Shown one piece after another: positions 24,369 to 34,514 of a stretch of 64,000 bases of DNA. The DNA is from Hyphochytrium catenoides (taxonomy: Eukaryota; Protista; Hyphochytriomycota). The notes beneath the pieces were generated by a model that was not told the DNA's origin, searched no databases, and saw nothing but the letters and a program-made list of their open reading frames with translations. Both the position numbers and the translations under genes were made by a program. The stretch spans positions 54,597 through 118,596 of the forward strand of contig FLMG01000971.1 of assembly GCA_900088475.1 (NCBI GenBank), in the 5' to 3' direction. How positions within the stretch are numbered: the first letter of the stretch is position 1; every line of letters starts with the position of its first letter.

Positions 24369-24442
24369 TGTTCCAAAACTCTGCAAGCGCTTGCATCAAA
24401 GAAGGGTCCGTTACTTGGAGGCCCTTGCAGAGTTTTGGAACA
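24369..24442. repeat. Perfect 19-bp inverted repeat with 36-nt spacer (hairpin)
   Basis: TGTTCCAAAACTCTGCAAG (24369-24387) and its exact reverse complement CTTGCAGAGTTTTGGAACA (24424-24442). Confidence 0.9.
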
Positions 24443-26849
24443 CAAAGCTGGTTACTAAGGTGCCAGAAGTCCCGGGAGAAAATCCGTCACTGCCCTCAAG
24501 AAGCACCACCTTGACCATCTAAAGCGTCTAAATGCAAACACTACAAAGCTTGCGGCGAAAGAGGTTGACAGATCAATGAGGACTGAACTCAGACGCGATA
24601 CTTCAAACTTCCAGCCCAGTGAAGGTGGTATTGCCTCTCTCATCCACAGGAGTGACAGAGTGACCCAGGGAGGGTCGCTGGCAGTGACACGACATCGCGA
24701 CTAAGCTCTCGAGTGGAGGTCCCCTCCTTTGTCTACAGCGGGCCTTGGGCCGTTCGAGCGAAGTGAGCGGCTTGCATTAGAGTCGTCTGAGCCTGCTCCC
24801 ACCGCCACCCGTAAAGCAGGGACCAAAATCCCAGCCATCTGTCGGACTTGCAGCCATGCAAAGCGTGCTCCAGTCCCCAGCATGAATTCAACCCGAAGCA
24901 CAGAGCCAGGAAGGCATGGTCTCTCAGTCTCGACGCGAGAGCTACCCAAAGCCAAGAAGGGCACCTGTTTAGCTAGATCCTGCACCCAACTCCGAGGGTA
25001 CCGCTAACTCTAACGGTCCTTATGGCGTAGGTGCCCTCGTTACTAGACTACGGATTGGAGAACCAGATCAAGGAGTTGGCAGCAACGGGAGCTAGGAAGT
25101 CTTGACTACGCCTACTGATACGAGTTAAGACAGATAAACATTGGTCTTCCAGGGACATGTCGGTTCAACTATCTTCCGCGAAGCTTACTCAGGGTCAGGC
25201 ACGTTTCGTGAGGGCGAACTGCCAAAGGCAGTCCAGTTGGAGTTCGCACTATAGATTTGTCCATGGGTGACGTCATACGTCTGTGATGGGTAGCTGCTCA
25301 AGAAAGCGGCAGATGAAGTAGCCCAGAAGGATGGTCCTCAACCAGTGGAGCTTCTAGTGGAAGACGCCGAAAAGAAGAATCCCATGTCTGATGGATTTGT
25401 GCATGCATAGTGGGGAAGGTTTTTCAAGCCAGTCTCTCTCCTTCTCTCTCTTTTTGCTCCCTCCTCTCTCTCTCTGTATCTCGCTAGTTATCTTTTCATA
25501 TTGTCTGCCTCGCTACTCCTTCCTTTGAAGGCCAGGATGTTTGGTCCTCAACTGTCTGGTGATGTAGCTTTCCGATGCGGTTTTGCCAGTGTATTTAGCT
25601 CTGGCGGTCAACATTCTCAATTCACATGCTCTCTCTCTCTCTCTCTTCTCACATCACTCAATAGCTGGTATAAGTCATCGTATGAGTCATTTTTCTCTCT
25701 CTCTCATCCAGGAATCATTCCAATGACAGAGCGGAATAAATAAAGGCGGAAGACAACTGTGCGTGCGCGAGAGGGAGACAGAGGAGTAGAGGGAGAAAGA
25801 GTTTAAAAAGTCGATCAGAAGTAAAGCGCGGACTTCACAAAAAGAGAGCCGTAGAGATATGGACATGATGACAATATAAATTAGTGGCCATTGAGGTCAA
25901 CATAAGAGACAGAGTAACGAAGAGAGGGAGAGAGAGATGGCACAAAGCGCCCCGTTGACAGCTATGGTCTTGGTGTGCTTTGGCCTTTCTTCATCTGATC
26001 TCTTCTCTCAGTTAAGGGTTCAAAAGCGCGGCCTATAAACCTGCTGCCAAGATGCACCTTGCACGGTCCCGACCAGAGACAGAAAGGAATGAGAAAGAGA
26101 CATAGCAAGTGAAAACCAACGCAAAGAGCCTAAAACTGAAGGAAGGCTTGATAGAACTCCTTCTCCATGAAAGCTATTAACAGCTTACATTAGTGGTAGA
26201 ATATCGAGCCTTCTGGCACCATAAGTTACCATCATAGGCGATCTCTGTCTTGGGTCTTCCTTCTATTGTGAGAGAGGATACGACGCGACGGACGGGTTAC
26301 TTAAGGAGAAGGAGGAACGAAGGAGACACTAGCCACGTGAAGAGGGAAGAGAGGGAGCCGCAGGCTAGCTTCCCATTTATGATGATACGGGCCCCTGCCT
26401 GACACCCTTTAAACATCAACATTCAGCAGCCGTCGCCTCCCAAGTGGCACACCCCTCTAACATACATCTCAGGCAACCTGATCGCCTGCACTGCCCTGAT
26501 TTGTCTCCAGCTCTGACCGTCTTGGAAAGACTTGCCCTCTTGAGCTCCTAACAGATTGATGACAGACCTCGCACGCCGGGAGTGTGAGAGCTAGTAAAGC
26601 GTTATGATGGGTCTCGCACTAGGTCTCCCATGAGAATGCTCTCTGGCCTACCACTATCCTTATAAGCCTGGGCCTTCAACTACCAGCCAGTGCCCATCAA
26701 GCACGCAGCCACCCATACGTAACCCTCAAGCTACACTAAGAAGTCCGGTTCTGCTCCTTCTAACACCCGATAGATTTCTCATCCCAAACCAATACCGTCT
26801 CACCAGGTGAGGTCGAGGTCTATAACACTTGCGAAATACTGCAGAGCCA

Positions 26850-29384
26850 TTAGTTGCGAGAATGATCGCTCTCCTTGAATAGCTGGAGATGCTTAGCGGT
26901 CTGCTTTACTCCTATTGATGGCATGCCCTCACGCAGAAATACGTCTGCCTTCTCAACCTCTCCAGCCTTGATGTACGCTTTCAGCACCTCAGAGCAGCTG
27001 ATCTCATTGGGCTTCACGCCAGCCTCAGCCATGCGCTTGTACAAGATCTCTTCCATTGCAACCCAGTTACCCATAGATCCATAGCCTCCAAGGAGCAGAT
27101 TGAAGTGGATATCACAAAGCTTCACTCCTAGCGATGGCATTTTCTCACGAAGAAACACCTCTGCCTTCTCAACCTCTCCAGCCTTGATGTACGCTTTCAG
27201 TACCTCAGAGCAGCTGATCTTATTGGGCTTCACGCCAGCCTCACCCATGCGCTTGTACAAGATCTCTTCCATTGCATCCCAGTTACCCATAGATCCATAG
27301 CCTCCAAGGAGCAGATTGAAGTGGATTTCACAAAGCTTCACTCCTAGCGATGGCATTTTCTCACGAAGAAACACCTCTGCCTTCTCAACCATCCTAGCCT
27401 TGATGTACGCTTTCGACACCATAGAGCAGCTGATCTCATTGGGCTTCACGCCAGCCTCAGCCATGCGTTTGTACAAGATCTCCTCCACTGCATGCCATTT
27501 TCCCATAGAGCCATAGCCTCCCAGGAGCAGATTGAAGTGGATATCACAAGGCTGCACTCCTAGCGATGGCATTTTCTCACGAAGAAAGACCTCTGCCTTC
27601 TCAACTCTTCCAGCCTTGATGTACGCTTTCAGCACCGCAGAGCAGCTGATCTTATTGGGCTTCACGCCAGCCTCAGCCATGCGCTTGTACAAGATCTCCT
27701 CCATTGCATGCCAGTTCCCCATAGATCCATAGCCTCCAAGGAGCAGGGTGAAGTGGATATCACATGGTGTCACTCCTAGCGATGGTACTTCCTCACGAAG
27801 AAACACCTCTGCCTTCTCAACTCTTCCGGCCTTGATGTAGGCCTTCAGCACCTCAGAACAGGTGACCTTATTTGGCTTCACGCCAGCCTCAGCCATGCGC
27901 TGGTGAAGGACCTCCTCCATTGCTTGCCAGTTACGCATAGTTCCATAGCCTCCCAAGAGCAGGGTGAAATGCACAGCATCCCGCTGCACTCCTAGCGATG
28001 GCATGTTCTCACGAAGAAACACCTCTGCCTTCTCAAGCTCTCCAGCCTTAATGTACGCTTTCAACACCTCAGAGCAGCTGATCTCATCGGGCTTCACGCC
28101 AGCCTCAGCCATGCGTTTGCACAAGATCTCCTCCATTGCAACCCAGTTACCCATAGATCCATAGCCTCCCAGGAGTAGATTGAAGTGGATTTCACAAGGC
28201 TGCACTCCTAGCGATGGCATTTTCTCACGAAGAAACACCTCTGCCTTCTCAACCTCTCCAGCCTTGATGTACGCTTTCAGCACCTCAGCGTAGCTGATCT
28301 CATTGGGCTTCACGTCAGCCTCAGCCATGCGTTTGTACAATATCTCCTCCATTGCATGCCAGTTACCCATAGATCCATAGCCTCCAAGGAGCAGGGTGAA
28401 GTGGATATCACAAGGTTTCACTCCTAGCGATGGCATTTTCTCACGAAGAAACACCTCTGCCTTCTCAGCCGTTCTAGCCTTGATGTACGCTTTCAGCACC
28501 TCAGCGCAGCTGATCTCATCGGGCTTCACGCCAGCCTCAGCCATGCGCCTGTACAGGATCTCCTCCATTGCATGCCAGGCACCTATGGATCCATAGCCTC
28601 CCAGGAGCAGATTGAAGTGGATATCACAAGGCTGCACTCCTAGCGATGGCATTTTCTCACGAAGAAACACCTCTGCCTTCTCAACCTCTCCAGCCTTGGT
28701 GTACGCTTTCAGCACCTCAGCGCAGCTGATCTCATCGGGCTTCACGCCAGCCTCAGCCATGCGCTTGTACAAAACCTCCTCCATTGCATCCCAGTTACCC
28801 ATAGATCCATAGCCTCCAAGGAGCAGATTGAAGTGGATATCACAAGGCTGCACTCCTAGCGATGGTATTTTCTCACGAAGAAACGCCTCTGCCTTCTCAA
28901 CTCCTCCAGCTTTGATGTACGCTTTCAGCACCTCAGCGCAGCTGATCTCATTGGGCTTCACGCCAGCCTCATGCATGCGCTTGAACAGCACCGTCTCAAC
29001 GGCGCCAAGGTTTCTAGTGGCCCCATACTTCGCAATCAGTCGATTGAAGCCCATAACTGAAGCTGGCTTGCTTCGATGGCCCGCCGTCTCCTTTCCTGTA
29101 TCCTGACGAACACAAGGGCTTCTGCCTTCCTTCTCAGCCCTAAGTTGAGCGGTGGAGAGATTCCTCCAACAGACTTCTCCCCATGGCCCCAAACCTGGGC
29201 CTGAGCATCGCTCCCTAAGACGCGCCATTGGGATGAGGGCAGTGGAAGTCCTCATGTTAATTGGTCTTGTGCGCGGCTGTGATGTTATCATCCGACTCCA
29301 GGGCGCATTGGGCCAGTTCAGACGGTAATAAGCTCGGCAACCAGGCATTACACCCAGACGTGCCTTTACAGAGGCCGTGACCAT
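26850..29384 (-). CDS. Pentatricopeptide repeat (PPR) protein, 844 aa, 20 motifs, probably mitochondrial
   Basis: Intronless ORF with an Arg-rich N-terminus. Two 36-aa PPR-like motifs alternate: DIHFNLLLGGYGSMGNWxAMEEILYKRMAEAGVKP(D/N) and EISC(A/S)EVLKAYIKAGEVEKAEVFLREKMPSLGVQPC. Confidence 0.93.
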   Translation of the reverse strand: MVTASVKARLGVMPGCRAYYRLNWPNAPWSRMITSQPRTRPINMRTSTALIPMARLRERCSGPGLGPWGEVCWRNLSTAQLRAEKEGRSPCVRQDTGKETAGHRSKPASVMGFNRLIAKYGATRNLGAVETVLFKRMHEAGVKPNEISCAEVLKAYIKAGGVEKAEAFLREKIPSLGVQPCDIHFNLLLGGYGSMGNWDAMEEVLYKRMAEAGVKPDEISCAEVLKAYTKAGEVEKAEVFLREKMPSLGVQPCDIHFNLLLGGYGSIGAWHAMEEILYRRMAEAGVKPDEISCAEVLKAYIKARTAEKAEVFLREKMPSLGVKPCDIHFTLLLGGYGSMGNWHAMEEILYKRMAEADVKPNEISYAEVLKAYIKAGEVEKAEVFLREKMPSLGVQPCEIHFNLLLGGYGSMGNWVAMEEILCKRMAEAGVKPDEISCSEVLKAYIKAGELEKAEVFLRENMPSLGVQRDAVHFTLLLGGYGTMRNWQAMEEVLHQRMAEAGVKPNKVTCSEVLKAYIKAGRVEKAEVFLREEVPSLGVTPCDIHFTLLLGGYGSMGNWHAMEEILYKRMAEAGVKPNKISCSAVLKAYIKAGRVEKAEVFLREKMPSLGVQPCDIHFNLLLGGYGSMGKWHAVEEILYKRMAEAGVKPNEISCSMVSKAYIKARMVEKAEVFLREKMPSLGVKLCEIHFNLLLGGYGSMGNWDAMEEILYKRMGEAGVKPNKISCSEVLKAYIKAGEVEKAEVFLREKMPSLGVKLCDIHFNLLLGGYGSMGNWVAMEEILYKRMAEAGVKPNEISCSEVLKAYIKAGEVEKADVFLREGMPSIGVKQTAKHLQLFKESDHSRN
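26905..28985. repeat. 216-bp coding tandem repeat, about 9.5 highly similar units
   Basis: Antisense ORF starts recur at 216-bp spacing (27100, 27316, 27532 ... 28396, 28612, 28828). Units are near-identical at the nucleotide level. Confidence 0.95.
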
Positions 29385-30925
29385 TGTGTCCGCAGAGCTG
29401 CAGCAACCCTCTGCACTTACACTGAAAGAGCTTAACCAATCACAGAAATTTCATCCAGCATCACCTTAGTCTTCCCCCTTAACGGTCCATAGTCCCAAGT
29501 ACCAAGCGATGGATTATAGCTAGTAATCGAGGGCAACCAGGGATGACAGACCTGTAAGGGCAACTCCCTTCTCTCCTTCGAGCCGCTGCTGACTGAAGTT
29601 AAAAGACAAAGGACTTGCTGGGCTGAAGCCTTTCCGTCATCTGCTATCGCTATCTGACTGCTCTGACAGCCCAACTGCTCTGACTGCCTACAAGTAGGAA
29701 GATCCTGACGTCCGAGGGCTCTTGACTGATGTTGATGAGCTTGGTTGATGATGAGAGGACGATGACACATGACACCCAAACATTTGCTCTCACACCTCCT
29801 CCTGGAGCACGTGCATTGGGATACAATGGTGGGTGGCCCTCTACGGCTCCAGCGAGAGATCCGAAGATGGTCTCTGGATGCGGATCTCCATCGCTTGGAT
29901 CAGCCAAACTGTTGGCAAGGAAGATGGAAGCGTGACGATGACCTGATCGTCATACTTTCTGAGCCATGCTGCATCATCTCCCATGTCCTCCTGGCGCCAC
30001 TGAAAAGCGCTACTACTCGAAGACTCTTCCTTAGAAAGCAAGAAGAGGCGCAGGAGGCGAGGTTCTTCTCTTTCTTCTTAGAGCGACTTTGTGAGGACTT
30101 TTCAGGCTAGTCAAGACGAGAAAGAGAGAAGATGTGCATCTTGCCTGTTTTGTCTTGATGGCTTACTTTGCACTAGAGCAGCAGCTGAGGTTTTTGCTGA
30201 TCTTTTACTATCGCAGTGTGGATCGAACGGCACGATCCGCCAGGTCTATACAGGAGACTTAAGGGAGTACGGAGATGTTAGAAGATAAATAGAGTGAGCG
30301 AGAGAGCAGAGGGTTGAGAGGGAGTGAGAGTGAGGGAAGGGAACGAAAGAGAGAGACGACGAGAAGGAGAGAGAAAGGCGAGGAGAGCGAGAGAGTAGAA
30401 GTAGGGACTGAGGAATACTATCTTCACCCACGCCTCATCTCCCCCTCCTGTTGTCCTGTCTACCCTACCATCATTCTCAGCGCCTTCGACAAGCAAGAAG
30501 AGAGGAGTTTGTCCATCTCACATGATGAGCTCTTCTGGCTGATGTGTGCCTCTAATGTTTGTGTTGACTAGTCTTCTTCTGGCTAGCACAGCCACAGAAG
30601 GGATGCCCTATCATGCACCACATCATGACATTGCCTCTCAATCTTCTAATGCATGAGCAAGAGATGATCGCATGTCCGACTATTGTGCAGATCATGCCGC
30701 TCTAGATAAACTTATATGCACGAGAGTTAGTGATGCTGAGTGAAGCCCATATATGGTTCATCAGGAAGTGAACTTATGTAGAGCGTTATGATCCGCATCG
30801 ACGGCCCTTCGATCATATTTGCGATGGCGATCACGCCCATAATAATGTAGGGAACTACTCCCGGATGGAGGTAACACAGCTTGACGCGGCAGACGAGGAC
30901 ATACCCGTCAAGCTACTATTACGTC

Positions 30926-31919
30926 TCACAGACGTACCACCGCAGGCCCGAAGAAGAATATCATCATACTCTTTGACTCGCAGGAACCTGCCAAATGCCA
31001 AAGCATACAGATGAGAAATCTATGCCCACATGACCAATTGTCACTCTGCTGCGGAACGTAGCCCTTATGAAACTGTACGTCCCGACTCCCTTCCTCCGGC
31101 AGGAGTCTTGCAATGTCGCTGTGTATGCTTTCTTCCCCTTCCGGCAGTAGGTTTGCAATGTGGCTATGCAAGCCTTGCAAAGTTGACCTAATTATCTGAG
31201 GAGAAAGGGGAAGCAGATGTGAGAAACGGCGCGGTTTCAGGATTGATCGACGACGTTCATCCCTTATCTTCTGATGGTTGTCCAGGCCGTTGAAGAGAAT
31301 CATAACAAGTCGCACAATTGTCCTTTCCCTTGCCGTGATACGTCATCGTAACGAGAGTTCAATGGGTACCCTCAATCAGGATGGCAAATAGACCCTCATT
31401 GAATCGACTAACGCTACTGATTGAGCCGGCTTCCCTCCTGCTGCAATAAGAGGTAGACTTCCTTCGCTGTTCCTATACGTAACATGATTTGCGAGGATAT
31501 GATGTCCCATTATCTGTGAAGCCTCTGGACCACTAATACTTACCAGCAGAATAACTATATCTTTGGCCACACCATCGACAACGTCGTCAGGATGATGCCG
31601 GTCATTCACAGTCGTCGTGCCCCTACAGCTTCTCTTCTTGTCCTTTTGGTGTGAGACGGGTGTCGTCATCATGTCAGCTCTACAAATAACATGAACTAGT
31701 CCCTCTCCTCGGGTACCTAGAAAGAATGTGTTAGCTTACCATATGCGGGTTGGCGCATTGACGACAAGAAGGGTGTATCACTGTCTTACCAAATTGCTGA
31801 CCGACCCATGGCAGATAACGAACAACTGCATGTAATACTGCACCATCAACCCACGCTCCAGGTGTTAGAGACGGGAAAGACTCCACCGGCAGAAGGTCCA
31901 TAAGCTTCTGACCAGTCAC
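30926..31919 (-). pseudogene. Ulp1/SENP-like (peptidase C48) protease relic, possibly transposon-derived
   Basis: Motifs occur in the expected order: SLTPGAWVDGAVL, ILIEGTH*TLV (conserved HW with Trp changed to TGA at 31359-31361), CYDSL and VPQQSDNWSCG. Confidence 0.75.
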
Positions 31920-33424
31920 GATCAGGTCTGACGAGTATAAATGGGCTGAGCACCGGCTAATTCACGGGCTCGGTGGAAGGCTATTCCCGCATTAGCCGCT
32001 ATCAGGCCCTTCAGGAAGGAGTGTACGCCACCTGTCCACTGATCTCTCCGTAAAGCGAGGCTGAGATTCCACGCTTCATCATTTTCAGCAATTTTATTGA
32101 TGTTCGCTGTAATCCGTTGATCTCTCTAAAGCTTACCCCTCGTGTGGAGTGCTATACAGCCATGAATGGACTGCATAGTCAAAAGGGCTGCCCTTGAAAG
32201 AACTATCTTCTGGGATTTGAGGCTTATCCATGCCCCTGGGTCATTTTTCCACCATTCTAGATCCTTGCTACGGAGGAAGCTCGCTATGTGATGCAGGAGG
32301 GTCTGTCTTCTGAGCAGTGCTCAAATCCTTGCTACGGAGGCTCAGGGGCTTAGGCAGAGAACTCATAAAACCATCAAGCTGGCGCTTGCTGCTGCTGAGG
32401 AAACTAGCATCAAAAAATGCACGTTGTTATCCTCTTTTCTTGCACTAGCCCGTATGAAAGAGCAGCATATAATGAGGGGTTCCTGGTCGCGGCGAGTCCA
32501 ATGTCCAGCACTCAACGCGAGCAATGGGAACGAGTTCCCTGGATAATGGCTTCTTGAAGATAGGCGAAGAGTTGTGCTCGAGTGCCAAACGTTCTCATGA
32601 CAACCCACACTGCAACTCCATAGTCACCTTGACCTTGTGCCAGGAAAGGTTCCCACCAGAAAGATTTCATTCGCCCGGAGCAAATCGAGTCTCTTAAGTA
32701 TAGCAGGAAAAAGCATTCCATTTTCTTTAACGTCTGAAAAATGGGGTTAAGGATCTGTGGCGGCAGGAAGGTGAAAGTGTTTGGACCTCTATCATTGCGC
32801 CGACATCATAGCTGTCGTTGGAGACGCGGGCAATCGTGACTTTAGAGGATCAGACCTTCCCTTATTCCTCTCCCGCCTGTCAGGGAGAGAGGGAAGAAGA
32901 GTGAGCGAGAGAGAGGAAGAGAAAAGAAGAGAGCAACAAAACTTCTCACATTTCCTCCACCAGGCTGTCCAGACGGTGGCTTTCTCTTCCGCTGCCTCAG
33001 AGTGAGAACTCTCTTTCTCTTCTTTCTCTCCTGAGGAGTGGGAGTATGTCTCTCTCGTCAATAAGGACCAAGCTGGAAAGCTATCTCCTCTCTCTCTCTC
33101 TCCTAGGCCAGAAGTCTACCGCTAGGCGCAAAATCTATCACTGAGATGTTATGGACAATGAATACCTGATGGTGGTAGCACCGCCGAAGGTCTCCCTCTT
33201 CTTCTTTCGACACCCTGTCTTCCCTTTCTCCCTTCACTCTATCGAAGAGCGGCCTTTGCGGTCAACCCTGCCAGAAAGTTGGGCCCACGTCTCTCCTTCT
33301 TTCTTCTTCCGATCAAGGGAAAGGGAAGAGTTGAGTGGGAGTACGCTTTGACCCCAGTGGTCGGACTTTCTTGAGAGCACTTCTAGTTGGTCTATGAGGG
33401 CACCAGGACGGTGATGATCGCATG

Positions 33425-33429
<5 letters not shown>

Positions 33430-33461
<32 letters not shown>

Positions 33462-33590
33462 TGAGAGAGAGAGAGAGAGAGAGAAAGGGGCAAGTCAAGA
33501 AGGAAGTAAGTGAGCGGAATTTTACCTCTACCCCGCGTGCTCATTCTCCCTCTCTCTCTCCCTCTCTCTGTCTCTATCTTTCTCTTCTTT
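33430..33590. repeat. (GA)n tract followed by a (CT)n-rich tract
   Basis: GA run at 33430-33483 and CT-rich run at about 33545-33590. Confidence 0.9.
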
Positions 33591-34514
33591 TTCTTCATAA
33601 AATGGAACTCTTTCCCACAAGCCTTGTTCCCTCATTCTATGTCTCCTCCTGGTCAACAAGTAGCAATCTTGTCAGTTAAACATAGGACACGTGCTAGGAA
33701 AGTAACGGGGACATCGCCATGTTCGTCTGTGTCTGTCCCTCCTTCTTGCTCTTTCTCTCTGCCATCTCATACTGCTCTTTAGGATCTATCTCTTGACTCG
33801 GAGCTTGCGTCGCTAGCGTCCGTACTCATGTTACGCAGAGCTCCTCAATGACCAAGAGAAGCCGCGCCCGCTGAATTGGTTCTACTCATCTCTAAGAACA
33901 ACGGCTGAGAGCTCTTTTTGAAGTTGTAGAGACCTAGTAGATTCATAATAGAGCCTTCAGAGCGGCAGAACGCTACCCATTGGGCTGACCTTCAGTTTTT
34001 TCATCACTTCTTGATCCTACTGCGTACGGAGGTAACCGTAATACATAATCATGAACAAGAGAGTAGCTGGTGAGCGACATAACGAGTGGCAGATAGGGCT
34101 GGTTAACACTCTCAAGGGAAAGAGCTCTAGTGCTTATAGAGCTTACTTATGTGCGCCGTAGGGCGATGATCCCTACTATGCGTCCCTAGCTCACCCCTGA
34201 AGTCTGTCTCTTATGGCAGACAATGAAAGGCAATTGTAACGATGTCGCCATTCTAGCAGCACATTTGTTTCCCTGCGTGTCAGACCTTCTTCTCCTAGGT
34301 CCCTCCATCTTGTAAAATAAATAGCATTGTCTGGCGGTGAGCTCTGCTTAGGTGGGCCTGACCGTCAGGCTCTATCCTAAGATCTAGGAAGCCGCAGAAG
34401 GACTAAAATCTGCTCGTTCCACCCTTTAGGTGATGAGGGCTCCGTCGCTCATAGGCCAAAGCGATTCGTGCGATGCGGGTGATTATGCAGCTAGGTGGTG
34501 CTCCTGTCTCACCC

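Noticed and set aside
26875-29106. Series of 66-aa + strand ORFs (MKWISQ...) and regular repeats resembling a CRISPR or small-gene array
   Set aside because: They are antisense shadows of the 216-bp PPR coding repeat and have no unique spacers.
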